Below are positions 30,062-40,452 of a DNA stretch of 64,000 nt, piece after piece. The position numbers and the translations under genes are program-made. The DNA comes from a virus (taxonomy: Duplodnaviria; Caudoviricetes): the IMG/VR virus record IMGVR_UViG_3300020148_000032. One strand, 5' to 3'. The notes beneath the pieces are model-generated. The model was not told the DNA's origin, did no database searches, and saw nothing but the letters and a program-made list of their open reading frames with translations. The first letter of the stretch is position 1; every line of letters starts with the position of its first letter.

Positions 30062-30289
30062 TCAGAAGTCCGTCTTATCTATTCCATATATTTCGCGCAT
30101 AAAACGTCTTTTTTTGTAGGACATGAAATTCATGAGAGAGAATGTAAGTGACGCTAGAGAAATAATAAGGAAATAAAAAGATCTGCTAGAACCCCACGAT
30201 TGTGAGAGAATATAAACAAAAATTCCAAACCCAATAAAGAAGAGGGATGAGAATATAATGTTTTCTATTTCTTTTGCGGAGTATTTCAA
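30062..30289 (-). CDS. Small membrane protein
   Basis: Two TM segments. Confidence 0.5.
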   Translation of the reverse strand: MKYSAKEIENIIFSSLFFIGFGIFVYILSQSWGSSRSFYFLIISLASLTFSLMNFMSYKKRRFMREIYGIDKTDF

Positions 30290-30519
30290 TTATTGCCCCC
30301 TTTTACTTTTTCGTATTGCAAAAAGAATGCAAAGTATCTGTCAACAATGCTTTTAATTTCTACATAAAATTCTGATTCTCGTAAAAAGTAGAGAGATGCT
30401 GAATAATTATAGGAAACAAGAATTGCACCATATGTATAATCAAGGCTGCTAATCTCTAGAATTCCATGAGAGAACTCTCGTATACGATAGTTCCCAACTA
30501 TAAATTCAGATTTTTGCAT
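30286..30519 (-). CDS. Hypothetical protein
   Basis: GAGGG RBS. Confidence 0.5.
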   Translation of the reverse strand: MQKSEFIVGNYRIREFSHGILEISSLDYTYGAILVSYNYSASLYFLRESEFYVEIKSIVDRYFAFFLQYEKVKGGNN

Positions 30520-30561
30520 TTTCCCTCATTTCCTCTTTATTGTAACAACTTTATCATCGAG

Positions 30562-31134
30562 TTAAATACTCTTCCATAAAAGTATATTATCATGTTCAAT
30601 GTATTCTCTTTCTATTAAAGAGTTGTTATCCCAGAAGATTTGCGGACTCCACAAATCTTTCACTCCATAAAAACTGAAGAACGTAGTCTTGTTTCCAATA
30701 ATGCATTTTTTACAGGGAATAATTTCACATAAAGCGAGTGAGGTATTGTTACGGGAGTCAAGACTGTCTATTTTATAGATAGACATTTCTCCTAGCATAG
30801 GGGCCTTTATTTTCAACATTACCCCTGGGTAGGAAAGTAATTGATTCCAAGTAGTGAATGTTTCCATCTTGGTTTCCTCAAAGATTAATTCTTTCTCTAC
30901 CTTTTGTTTATATTGAGTAGTTTTAAAGGCGTAACCAAGTGGAGAGTTGTCGTAATACCCGAGTATGTGGAAGAAATTATCGTAAACATGATGTGGAAGA
31001 CTGTAGGATTTTATTTCGATCTCGGTGTTAAGTAGAGCGTGCGCTAAAAGCTCTTCTTTAGACAAATTGGAAGAATTCTTGATCTCTTCTTTTAGTATAG
31101 AAATTCTGTGATTAATAATGTTCATACTGCCCAT
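30562..31134 (-). CDS. Hypothetical protein
   Basis: 190-aa ORF. Confidence 0.55.
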   Translation of the reverse strand: MGSMNIINHRISILKEEIKNSSNLSKEELLAHALLNTEIEIKSYSLPHHVYDNFFHILGYYDNSPLGYAFKTTQYKQKVEKELIFEETKMETFTTWNQLLSYPGVMLKIKAPMLGEMSIYKIDSLDSRNNTSLALCEIIPCKKCIIGNKTTFFSFYGVKDLWSPQIFWDNNSLIEREYIEHDNILLWKSI

Positions 31135-31346
31135 AATGTTATGAGAAACATTCTCCTTTATCTTTTAACATACATAAGTTATGGCCTATTTTAGGTTCCA
31201 AATCTGACTGTACTATATTCATAATAAAGATGAAAACTGCCGTAAAGATAAAAAGAGTCATTAAAAAGATTGCATTCTTCTTTAATTTAGCCTTTGCTTG
31301 AGCCATCATGTTACAAGAACCTTTCACTAATATCTTTATTATAACT

Positions 31347-31387
31347 AGTAAAGCCCCGTGACCTGTTGAAAATCACGGGGCTTTACT
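31347..31387. terminator. Intrinsic terminator hairpin
   Basis: AGTAAAGCCCCGTGA ... TCACGGGGCTTTACT. Confidence 0.75.
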
Positions 31388-31397
31388 GTGCAATTTG

Positions 31398-32276
31398 TTA
31401 CCTTGACAACGAAACCAGTCGCATGTCAGTAGTGTTGTTGTAGCAAGTCTGGAGGACAATCGAGCCCGGCATACCCTGCATGACAGACACGTTGTCACCC
31501 TTCTGAACAACCTTCGCTGCCTGAACAGTCCAGACACCATCAAGCTCGCCTCCGGTAATCTTGATTTGCTGACCAACCTGAAGATCCAGAATAGTAGAAC
31601 CACCACAATGACGGTGGATTGGGTAGTAGCCAAGACCGTAGTAAGAACCCCAATAAGTAAGACCGCCAGTGCAGGCATCAACGGCTGCCTGATCGCCAGA
31701 ATTAGCAACCCAAGTGGTCCACACAACACCTGAAGCAGAACCCTTATTCGAAGAATTTGCGGAGCTTGAAGCTGCAGCTTTACGCTGTGCCTCTGCTTGC
31801 GCGGCAGCCTCTTCAGCAGCCTTACGCTCAGCCTCAGCCTTCTCCCATTCTACAACCTCATTGTTGACAACAGTCACCTGGGCTTGGGACTCAACGGTAA
31901 GGGCTTCCACCTCAGAACGAGTGAGGTTAGTAAGAAGGAGAGCAGTCATGGCCTTATTACGTTCAACGGCGAGGGCCGTTCGTGAAGCGTCAGAAGCCTT
32001 AGATGCGGAAGCATCGTAGATTCCGTCAATAGTGTCATAGAGAGCCTGAAGTTCAGAGTAGGCAGCCTCAGTGCGAGCCTTCTCGAGGTTGATCTGTTGT
32101 GCAAGATTAATGGCCGCAAGTTCGCGAGCGTAGTCCGACTTTGCAGGGAGGGTAAACGCGGTAGTCTTAGAGGGAGTCATCTCAATGCTCGAGATAATGA
32201 CGGATGTAAGAATTGCCGCGAGAGTGATTGCCGCGAGAGTGATTGCCGCTGGGATAATGATGCGAGACTTGATCAT
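31398..32276 (-). CDS. Membrane-anchored coiled-coil protein with a sortase-like C-terminal domain
   Basis: N-terminal TM, Ala-rich coiled coil, Ser linker, then IHRHCGG...VLQTC...MRLV (His/Cys/Arg). Confidence 0.6.
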   Translation of the reverse strand: MIKSRIIIPAAITLAAITLAAILTSVIISSIEMTPSKTTAFTLPAKSDYARELAAINLAQQINLEKARTEAAYSELQALYDTIDGIYDASASKASDASRTALAVERNKAMTALLLTNLTRSEVEALTVESQAQVTVVNNEVVEWEKAEAERKAAEEAAAQAEAQRKAAASSSANSSNKGSASGVVWTTWVANSGDQAAVDACTGGLTYWGSYYGLGYYPIHRHCGGSTILDLQVGQQIKITGGELDGVWTVQAAKVVQKGDNVSVMQGMPGSIVLQTCYNNTTDMRLVSLSR

Positions 32277-32435
32277 TGTAAATTACTCCTAAAAATTTAT
32301 TTGATCTGTTATTAAATATTAACAAGTCTAATAGTAATTTACTTAAATATTAAAAATAATCTGTTGTAGGAAATGTCACATCTGCTCTAACGGCGTGTCT
32401 CTGCGAAAAATCACACTCGCGCTCTGAAATAAAAA

Positions 32436-33590
32436 TTAATTAATGATTGTATTGAACTTTGGAAAATATGAGTAAAGTTCTTTAAAACTGAATTCATTAA
32501 GGAAGAGGTCAGTATAAACATTCTTCGGCAAAGCTAAAGCTTTATTCTCTTTCAAAATCCGGAAAGCGTCATAAGTGAGAGAAGCTACATAATCTTGATC
32601 ATTAAAATCATAGAAAAATCTCAATACTTCTACAAAGTTTTCTTCTTTAGACAACAAATAAAGAGTGATATCTGAATCAAAATAACTATAAAGCCCATCA
32701 CCAATAGTTTGTGACACTGACGCACCCCAAAGGAGTAACTTCTCGCTCATATTATTCCTTTCAGAGTATAATCTTTCAAGAAACAAGAAAGAGAGATAAT
32801 TTGATTGAAGCTCTTTAACAAAGTCAAGATCCCTTAAAAGATAAGGGTTAATTTTTCTGAGGATCTCATCAACCTCTAGTTCCATTAAAGAGTGATCATA
32901 AGAGTTTAGTGAAAGATTCTTTAATAGAAAAGCTTCCATAATTGTTTCATCTAAAAGAAAATTCACTGTTCTGTCATTACTTAACGAATACGGCGGTAGA
33001 AAGTCTTCGTACACAAAAGTTAAAGCGGGATGCTTCTTCGCAAGCTCTTTAACTTTCTCTTCAATAATTGAACAATCAGAATCAGTAAAGATTATTGACC
33101 CTGATTGCATTAAATAGTAAGAGAACACTTCAGGAGTATAGGAAAGAGAAGAGTCTGATAAAAGACCTTCTGATGCATTAATATTTTTGTATATAACAAA
33201 CTTTCCATTTTCCTTAGTGAGTACTTCTTGCTCGCTCGAAAGTATTGGAATTTCTATGAAGTCTTCGACTTTATCGAATATTTTAGTTGTAAGATAGATC
33301 ATTCCAGAGTAGCTGTTTTTAGAGAACAAATAAGGATCAAGATCATTCCCGATTTTAGTTTTTAATCCATCTTTAGTGTTTTTCTTTAAAATCTTATCTC
33401 TAGAATCAGATGAAGTGAAAAAGATAGGGACTTTGTGAAAATTAATATTCTTATTATTCCACAGATCTTTCATGAATACGAAAACTCCGTCATATTCTAG
33501 ACATTCCTCTACTCTAGAAAGAGCTGCTTTTTGCGTATGACTTAATTTTGTTAAGTCAAACTCCTCTTTAGTAATCATGTGAAGCTCCAA
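32436..33590 (-). CDS. Hypothetical protein, LP-motif family
   Basis: ENKALALPKNVYTDLF near the C-terminus. Confidence 0.7.
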   Translation of the reverse strand: MELHMITKEEFDLTKLSHTQKAALSRVEECLEYDGVFVFMKDLWNNKNINFHKVPIFFTSSDSRDKILKKNTKDGLKTKIGNDLDPYLFSKNSYSGMIYLTTKIFDKVEDFIEIPILSSEQEVLTKENGKFVIYKNINASEGLLSDSSLSYTPEVFSYYLMQSGSIIFTDSDCSIIEEKVKELAKKHPALTFVYEDFLPPYSLSNDRTVNFLLDETIMEAFLLKNLSLNSYDHSLMELEVDEILRKINPYLLRDLDFVKELQSNYLSFLFLERLYSERNNMSEKLLLWGASVSQTIGDGLYSYFDSDITLYLLSKEENFVEVLRFFYDFNDQDYVASLTYDAFRILKENKALALPKNVYTDLFLNEFSFKELYSYFPKFNTIIN

Positions 33591-33702
33591 ACTGACGAGA
33601 TCTTAAAATAATGAAGAGTTGAATCACTTATCATTTTCTGCATTTTTGAACAAAAATCACGAAAATCTTCGTTTTTGTCAGCTATAGAAACACTATAGTG
33701 TG

Positions 33703-34980
33703 TCAAGAGCTGACGCTTGTAGAACCAACTAGCTCCTCTCTAAGTTCTTTTAATTCTGATTCTGGGATAAGAAACTTCCCCAAATTCGGAAGATGAAGAT
33801 CCTTGAATATTCCGAAAGGAAGAGAAAAGAATTGTTCTTTATTTTCTATAACAGTCTTCCATTCCTCAAAGAGTAGGGAAGAGTCATAAAAACCTTCCAT
33901 ATCATGATAAAGAGTAAAGAAACGATTCAAACATTCAAAAAAATCATTCATTAAACCATTATCCCGCAAGTATTTTTGTAACTCTAGGAATTCGTCTTGA
34001 TTAGCGAACCCTAGAGTAGAGAAATTAGATAATCTATCGTTTAATACTTTTATAAAAAGATCAACGAAAGAGAGAGCCTTTTTGTCCCCGTTAAGAAGAG
34101 CTACCTTGTTATATGAGTAATAATCATGAATAAACTCGTAAAGAGAATTAGTAATATCCCTCTTCGAGTAATCTGTAATTGTACTGCTTCTATATGGGAA
34201 AAGTTTTCGTGCAATAGCATCTATATTTTTAGGAGTAAAAGAACCGTCAGCCAGGAAAGACTCAATGTAATCGTTAATGAAGAATCGTCCGAATTGCATC
34301 TTAAAATACGAATGCACATCATGTTTAGAAATTCTCATTGACTTGTCAATATGCGAGAAAAGAGAATAAATAGTCTTGACCGGGTCATTAATCGCAAATT
34401 TTTCATTTAATGAGCATACGTCTTCAATCAATTTCAAGAAAGTGCTATCCAGCCCAAACTTTGGCCCCTCATCAGAATACATTAACCATATAAGTTCTTT
34501 TAAAAGAAGGGTAAGAGAGATATCTCTAGGATTCTTGCTGGTCCGTATGACCTTATTTTTTATATCCTCATCACGATTACGATCCTCAACAAAATATACT
34601 CCACTTTCGTTTGAAAGAATAAACGACGAGAAATAACTAGTCTCCGCAAGAGAAGAAAGACCCTTATTCGCATAGCGAATAGGAGTTAAAAGAAGGATTC
34701 GATTGAAAAGAGTGATATAAGAAAACAATTTAGAGAATGAGCCATCTGTAAAAGTTTCAGGGTTCGCCCTTACCGCGCTCTTAATAAAGTTAACTTTTTC
34801 TTCATCAGACCTGTAGTAATAAACAAGATTCTCTCCGTCAATATAACGATATAACCCATGATTATTTTTAACAAAATTCAGGTAATCTTCATTTCCGTTG
34901 AAATCACTAAGCTCTACTGTTCTCGAAGAATAATAGTCTGGAATCACGTAATTATGCATGATAACCGCCTCCAACATCAA
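33703..34980 (-). CDS. Hypothetical protein, LP-motif family (paralog of 34998)
   Basis: VIPDYY, GLYRY, EEWKTVI.NKEQFFSLPFGIFKDL. Confidence 0.75.
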   Translation of the reverse strand: MMLEAVIMHNYVIPDYYSSRTVELSDFNGNEDYLNFVKNNHGLYRYIDGENLVYYYRSDEEKVNFIKSAVRANPETFTDGSFSKLFSYITLFNRILLLTPIRYANKGLSSLAETSYFSSFILSNESGVYFVEDRNRDEDIKNKVIRTSKNPRDISLTLLLKELIWLMYSDEGPKFGLDSTFLKLIEDVCSLNEKFAINDPVKTIYSLFSHIDKSMRISKHDVHSYFKMQFGRFFINDYIESFLADGSFTPKNIDAIARKLFPYRSSTITDYSKRDITNSLYEFIHDYYSYNKVALLNGDKKALSFVDLFIKVLNDRLSNFSTLGFANQDEFLELQKYLRDNGLMNDFFECLNRFFTLYHDMEGFYDSSLLFEEWKTVIENKEQFFSLPFGIFKDLHLPNLGKFLIPESELKELREELVGSTSVSS

Positions 34981-34997
34981 TGCTATAGTACGAATGT

Positions 34998-36206
34998 TTA
35001 CACATCAAGGCTCCCAGTTATCATTCCATCATACGAATAAAGGCTCAAGAAAACCTCTATAGGAAGACTTAGAAATTCTTCTTTAAAAGCTATCAAAGTT
35101 TTCCATTCCTCAATAGTTAAGAATTCAAAATCGCGCGAATAAGTTAAAAGCTCTTCATATGCTTTCAAATAGAGCTTCAAGATCTTCTCATCTTTTGATT
35201 CAGCATAAAATCTACAAAAATTCAAGACATTTTCTTCCGTCATGAATCCAATACTGAAGTATGAATTATAATCATATGAATCATAATCACCTGCTGCGGA
35301 ATAAGAGCGAATGAAATCTTTAATGTCAAGTTTTTCTTTATGAGAATATTCGACTAAAGCATCAACAAAATAAGCAGAGTAATAACTCTCAGAAAGCTTC
35401 TTGAGTCTTCTGATAGAATAATCAAACTCATCTTCCCACCGTTGGTAAACATAAGAGTTATTTGAATCTCTTTTAAAATACCCATTCTTCAAATATGAAA
35501 TGACTAAACTATCATGAAAAATTTTAAGTTGCCCAGCAACGAACACCCTCGTCCATTGATCGGTTTTAAATTCTTCTTTTACGTCCTCTACGAAAGAAAG
35601 AAAGTGAGCTCTAGATGCAAAACACTTTAAAGAGTCGTTTCTGTACTCTGAATTTTCATATACTGTTTTAAGATCCTCAAAAGTTTTATTAGTAACAGAA
35701 CGAAAATCAGTAATAAGGGTAAGAGCGATAGTCTCTCTAATCATGTCAAGTAAGTCAGAGTTTTCCACATCGTTGACAAAACGAATTACTCTTTCTTTCA
35801 TATCATTTCGTCTTTCAGGGTGTTGAATCATATATACTTTATTGCTTGAAGAGTAAATGAAAAGAGAATTAATAGTTGTCTGGTGATACTTTAAAAGGTT
35901 CTCTCTTTCCTTGATTTCATTAGGAACGAAAGTGATTTTATGAGCCCAACCAAGATATTGAAGTTCGTAAGAAATAGTACTATCGACAGTATTTTTTATA
36001 CTGGTGAACCCTTTATCCATTAACCACTTGATTATTTCGTAAGCCTCATTAACAGAGTCATAATAGTAAGTGATAATTTCATCTGCAGAATACAATCTGT
36101 AAAGACCGGGGAACCTCTTGAAGAATAGCAAGAGTTTTTCTTCAGTATTTTCAATAGTAAGAGGTTCTTTCTTGTAATCATTTGGGATTACTAAATTTTC
36201 TAGCAT
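34998..36206 (-). CDS. Hypothetical protein, LP-motif family (paralog of 33703)
   Basis: VIPNDY, GLYRL, EEWKTLI.FKEEFLSLPIEVFLSL; TTGACA-N17-TAGAAT promoter at 36230-36258. Confidence 0.75.
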   Translation of the reverse strand: MLENLVIPNDYKKEPLTIENTEEKLLLFFKRFPGLYRLYSADEIITYYYDSVNEAYEIIKWLMDKGFTSIKNTVDSTISYELQYLGWAHKITFVPNEIKERENLLKYHQTTINSLFIYSSSNKVYMIQHPERRNDMKERVIRFVNDVENSDLLDMIRETIALTLITDFRSVTNKTFEDLKTVYENSEYRNDSLKCFASRAHFLSFVEDVKEEFKTDQWTRVFVAGQLKIFHDSLVISYLKNGYFKRDSNNSYVYQRWEDEFDYSIRRLKKLSESYYSAYFVDALVEYSHKEKLDIKDFIRSYSAAGDYDSYDYNSYFSIGFMTEENVLNFCRFYAESKDEKILKLYLKAYEELLTYSRDFEFLTIEEWKTLIAFKEEFLSLPIEVFLSLYSYDGMITGSLDV

Positions 36207-36312
36207 AAGAGCCTCTTTCTTCTAAAAAGATTCTATCAAAAATTAAGTATTTTGTCAATTCTTTAACTTACTTGTCATAATACTATAAAGCTTACTATGG
36301 AAGGACTTTTAA

Positions 36313-36906
36313 GTGAGCAAATTATACTTTCGCTATGGAGCGATGAATTCTGGAAAGTCAATGAACATTGCAATCATTGCTCATAATTATGAAGAGCGTG
36401 ATCAAGAAGTTCTTATTATTAAACCAACGATAGATACTAAAAGTGTTCTTATTCAATCACGGTCTGGGTTAGAACGAAAAGTTGATATCCCGGTTACTCC
36501 AGATATGCGTAACCTTAGAGAAAGAGTTTTCCAAGAGTCTCTTACGAAAGATAACAAGTTGGGGTGCGTCATTGTTGATGAAGCTCAATTCTTAAAGTCA
36601 GAACAAATTGACGAGCTTTTTAATATAGCGGTACTTGATAATATTCCAGTTATTTGTTTTGGGCTCAGAACAGATTTCCAAACAAAACTTTTCGAAGGTT
36701 CTAAAAGGCTTTTAGAGTTAGCACATAGTATTGATGAGATGAAGACTATTTGTCGCTGCGGGCGAAAGGCTATTTTTAACGCTAGGCGGGTTGATGGAAT
36801 TTTTGTTCTTGAGGGTTCGCAAGTAGCCATTGATGGAGAAGTAGAATATGAATCTAAATGCGGCGAATGTTATATTCGTGATGCTAGGGGGAGTAAAGAG
36901 TTCTAA
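36313..36906 (+). CDS. tdk: Thymidine kinase (type II)
   Basis: YGAMNSGKS, SRSG, VDEAQFL, FGLRTDF, KTICRCG, YESKC..CY. Confidence 0.96.
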   Translation: MSKLYFRYGAMNSGKSMNIAIIAHNYEERDQEVLIIKPTIDTKSVLIQSRSGLERKVDIPVTPDMRNLRERVFQESLTKDNKLGCVIVDEAQFLKSEQIDELFNIAVLDNIPVICFGLRTDFQTKLFEGSKRLLELAHSIDEMKTICRCGRKAIFNARRVDGIFVLEGSQVAIDGEVEYESKCGECYIRDARGSKEF

Positions 36907-36983
36907 AGTCTGGAGAACATATATAGACTGAAACTAATCCAAATCACTCTCGAATCATCCTCTGAATTTCCTCGTGAAGGATT

Positions 36984-37250
36984 TCAGTGTTTAACTTCCT
37001 TCTCGAACTTCTCTGAGTTCCTTGCAAATTCATCAACTACATCTTCCATTTTCTGTACCTCTTCACGAAATAATGTGTTGACTATTTCTGTTTCCTACTT
37101 AAGTAACTCTGTAGTTTTTTCATTTGCTTTACGAATCTTTTCATTTGCTTTACGAATCTTGCGGCTGTGATAAATAATCAAAGAAAAACCTACCACATAA
37201 GCCACGGCTTGTAAAATGTTGATGAAAAGGGTTGCTTCTTTTAATGTCAT
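36984..37250 (-). pseudogene. TM plus coiled-coil ORF interrupted by an in-frame TAG
   Basis: ATGA-coupled start; TAG at 37095-37097, then 36 more sense codons; 21-bp tandem duplication at 37119-37160. Confidence 0.5.
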
Positions 37251-37576
37251 TTATTAATCCTCTCGAAAGTAAGAAGAAGATCATTCAGCATTCTCATTGC
37301 ATCTTTTTCCTCATCATTTGTTGTCACAAAGAATGAACCCCCTGAAGAGTCAATCCATTCCTGAGCCTTCGAATTAATATTCTCGCGAGAATCTTCAATG
37401 GCTGTTGAGTCCTCCAAATGAATGAAATTTGCAGGAGCATCACTTCTGAAAGAAAGCTCTTGATTGACTTTTTCAGAGAACTTGTAAATGTCATAGTGCT
37501 CACCGATAACAACCCTCTTGAAAACTTTTGGGCCACTTGGTGAATTAATAGTTGCGATGAATTCTTTACCTAACAT
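37247..37576 (-). CDS. Hypothetical protein
   Basis: ORF with RBS. Confidence 0.6.
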   Translation of the reverse strand: MLGKEFIATINSPSGPKVFKRVVIGEHYDIYKFSEKVNQELSFRSDAPANFIHLEDSTAIEDSRENINSKAQEWIDSSGGSFFVTTNDEEKDAMRMLNDLLLTFERINK

Positions 37577-37597
37577 TAGTTAACCTACCTTAATAGT

Positions 37598-39013
37598 TTA
37601 AAATGGAAATTTTTCTTCTTTAGAGAACATCCTTTTGTAATCATTCTTAAAAGCTCGTAAAGTACTAGCGTAATTCTTATCTTTCTCATCATCACATTTC
37701 TCGCCAAACAAATCAGAAATAATGTTCATGGGAAGATCCGAAGATGAAATAATATTCTCCGTTGAGAATGAAGAAGAAGTAAATCTGTAATCACCCTCAA
37801 AGTCATTAATAAACCTCGAGAGGAAATTAGCGAAAGCTTTAGGTTGAGGACCTTCTACAAAATTCTCATGAATGATCTCACGGTTAGACTTGTTCTTTGC
37901 AAGAATGAAGTGACCGCGTTCATCATCACGAGTGAAATAAATAAAGAAAAGAATTGCTTGAATTTCCTTCAAAGTAAAGAGCGATAAGTTATCTTCTAAG
38001 AATTTAAGGATTCTCCAATTATAATAGAGGGCATTTTTCTTGTTGCGGTCAAAGGAAACAATTGCATTTTTGTCTTTATTCTCCACGGAAACAAGAGCTT
38101 TGTAATACACAGAGTTAAGTATCGAGCCCCAAAATTCGAGTAGAACATCAAGGTTATAACCCGGGTCAGTAATAGAAAGAAGGAACTCTTTAATACTATT
38201 ACGAATAATAATCTGTTTTGAGTAACTTCCATTATCGTTAAGAGAAACGTAAGTTTTGAAAAGAGCTAGTTTCTTAATGAAGAATTCACCGTCTTTCTTT
38301 GAAATGTACTTTTGTCGATTATCGTCACCTTCAAAGTAATTCGATAGTACTTCTTTCACAAGACTGTAATCATTAATGTCCAATTCATAACCGTAGGCCA
38401 TGTAACGGCCTAATCGTTCAAAGAACATTTCATTAGAGGCTTGAGCATTCCGCCTAATAGAGAACTTCTTTTTCTTAATATTCTCTAGAACATTCACTTT
38501 TCTATAAGAATGAATAAGACCAAGGTCATCAAGAAATAAAGAATAATGAGTAATGTCAATGTCAAAATCTTTGATAATCTCAGACGGTTTTCCAAACTTG
38601 TTCTTAATGAGTTCTACCGTGTAATTTTCATACTTGTATGAACTCATATAAAATGCAATGCAGTTCTCATTCTCGTAGAGGAGACTCGCATCTGAATGTT
38701 CCTGATAGAATTTTAGAGTGCGATCAAAATCTTCTTGATTAAGGAAATAGATATCGTAATCTTTTGGTTTCTTAAAGTTAAAAAGGTCTTTAAAGCAACC
38801 CCCAGCGATGTACCCTGGGTGAGAATACAAAATTCTCAAGGGTGTCTTTAGATCAGAGTGATATGGAAGAACAGCCTCTTCATAACCATCATCAAACGTG
38901 TGGATGATCTCGTCAGTTTCACCAATGGGATAAATGTCACCACTTAGGCGGTCAAGGTCCTGCAGAATCTGCGTGATCTGACGTTCGAGCGAGAAAGCCC
39001 TTCGTGTCTCCAT
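37598..39013 (-). CDS. Pol-beta-superfamily nucleotidyltransferase (CCA/polyA-polymerase-like head)
   Basis: YIAGGCFKDL, PKDYDIYF, VELI, DFDIDI, R..RY..YGY; C-terminal DLPMNIISDLF. Confidence 0.75.
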   Translation of the reverse strand: METRRAFSLERQITQILQDLDRLSGDIYPIGETDEIIHTFDDGYEEAVLPYHSDLKTPLRILYSHPGYIAGGCFKDLFNFKKPKDYDIYFLNQEDFDRTLKFYQEHSDASLLYENENCIAFYMSSYKYENYTVELIKNKFGKPSEIIKDFDIDITHYSLFLDDLGLIHSYRKVNVLENIKKKKFSIRRNAQASNEMFFERLGRYMAYGYELDINDYSLVKEVLSNYFEGDDNRQKYISKKDGEFFIKKLALFKTYVSLNDNGSYSKQIIIRNSIKEFLLSITDPGYNLDVLLEFWGSILNSVYYKALVSVENKDKNAIVSFDRNKKNALYYNWRILKFLEDNLSLFTLKEIQAILFFIYFTRDDERGHFILAKNKSNREIIHENFVEGPQPKAFANFLSRFINDFEGDYRFTSSSFSTENIISSSDLPMNIISDLFGEKCDDEKDKNYASTLRAFKNDYKRMFSKEEKFPF

Positions 39014-39039
39014 TTCTGACTCCTTTCACCGATTATTCT

Positions 39040-39068
39040 ATCTTATCACAAAAGAACTCTGGGGTCAA
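39040..39068 (-). promoter_or_regulatory. SigA-type promoter
   Basis: TTGACC-N17-TAAGAT. Confidence 0.7.
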
Positions 39069-39168
39069 CCTGATAAAGCAAGTCAGCCATTATGAGTCCT
39101 TAATCATTGTTAACGTATGATTTCATCATTTTATCGCATCGTGTTAATAAGATCAACATTTGTTGACT

Positions 39169-39591
39169 TTAGTTAATAATTTCACAGACAAGCGAGTCTT
39201 TTTTTGTACAGTGAAGGGTAATCTCATTCCCCACATATAAACTTTTAGATCCCCCAGACAATACAACATACTCGTTATTATCATTTTCAAAAGTAACAGT
39301 AAAAGTAGTTGGTTCATTCACTGTTGAATAAGTAGGATTTACCGTATTGATAGTTCCAGAATATTCGAAAACGAAGAGAGAATCAAGAGACATTTTTGGG
39401 AAAAAAAGAAAAATAGAAAAAATACCCTCAATTATGAGGAGGATAAGCAAGGTCACTTTTACTTGAGTCTTTTTTATCAGAGAAATGTTTTGACTTGGTT
39501 CAATAATATATAGGTAAGAGAGAATTCCAAAAATCTCAAAAACAAGTAAAGCAGTGAAAGCTGTTCCTCCCGCGTTTAGACCAATATTCAT
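39169..39591 (-). CDS. Membrane protein
   Basis: Two TM segments plus a small beta domain. Confidence 0.6.
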   Translation of the reverse strand: MNIGLNAGGTAFTALLVFEIFGILSYLYIIEPSQNISLIKKTQVKVTLLILLIIEGIFSIFLFFPKMSLDSLFVFEYSGTINTVNPTYSTVNEPTTFTVTFENDNNEYVVLSGGSKSLYVGNEITLHCTKKDSLVCEIIN

Positions 39592-39649
39592 TAATATCTT
39601 CCTTTCTCGTTGGTAAAATATTACCATAATTTTTGATAAGGATTTAATT

Positions 39650-40309
39650 ATGAACTGGACCCTCTATTTTTTTGTTATGCCTTTTCTTTTTACTCTTCCA
39701 GCTCTATTTGCTCCGAAAGTGAATGAAGATAGAATCAAATTCCCAGCAGCCAGTAAAACGACAAGAATTATTTTCGCTTTTTTAAATGTTGTTTTCTTTC
39801 TATCAATTACTTTTCTTTTTATTATAAATTCTATGGAAACAGTGTTTATACTCTCTTATAATTTTTATCTTATCATTGCATTCATTGTAAGTACCTCAAT
39901 CCTTATCTCTAGACTAAAAACAAAAAAGAATGGTTGGATGCTTTTCCCAATTGTTTCAAACAGCATTATTATTCTAGGGATTGCACTTATCACTCTTTTT
40001 GCTCACGTTGAAAAATCTGCGTCTTATATTGATTCGTCTAGAGCTCCAATTACGCTCGAAGATTACGACTCAACTCCAATTGTTGACAATGTTTTTAACC
40101 TAGAGGCAAAGGGTTACTTGAGCGCTTTTGATTTAAATGGAGAAAAATTTTATATTGAAAGTATCACTACACAATATTCAAGCAACCCTGGAGAGTCATA
40201 TCTCATTACGTTCAAATGTATTGATGTTTTCACTAGATACTCTTCAGATTATTGTTACACTCAAGTGATTGAAGTTACGCACATTATACAGAAAGCCGAA
40301 AATTCATGA
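39650..40309 (+). CDS. 4-TM membrane protein (paralog of 44078)
   Basis: IVDN..L and C.D...CY....V.H.I shared. Confidence 0.7.
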   Translation: MNWTLYFFVMPFLFTLPALFAPKVNEDRIKFPAASKTTRIIFAFLNVVFFLSITFLFIINSMETVFILSYNFYLIIAFIVSTSILISRLKTKKNGWMLFPIVSNSIIILGIALITLFAHVEKSASYIDSSRAPITLEDYDSTPIVDNVFNLEAKGYLSAFDLNGEKFYIESITTQYSSNPGESYLITFKCIDVFTRYSSDYCYTQVIEVTHIIQKAENS

Positions 40310-40391
40310 TTATACATCCCGTTAAATGAGTATACCCTCACTCACGTTATTCCTTATGTTGAAGACCCAATAAAAGGAAACACGTAAATTA

Positions 40392-40420
40392 TTGACTTTA
40401 GTCCAAGTTTCGCATATAAT
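40392..40420 (+). promoter_or_regulatory. Near-consensus SigA promoter
   Basis: TTGACT-N17-TATAAT. Confidence 0.85.
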
Positions 40421-40452
40421 AGAAAAATGTAATAACTTCTAAGGAGTCACTC

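Noticed and set aside
32215-32249. 15-bp tandem repeat (AAITL x2) in the signal anchor of 31398
   Set aside because: Simple in-frame slippage duplication with no evident function.
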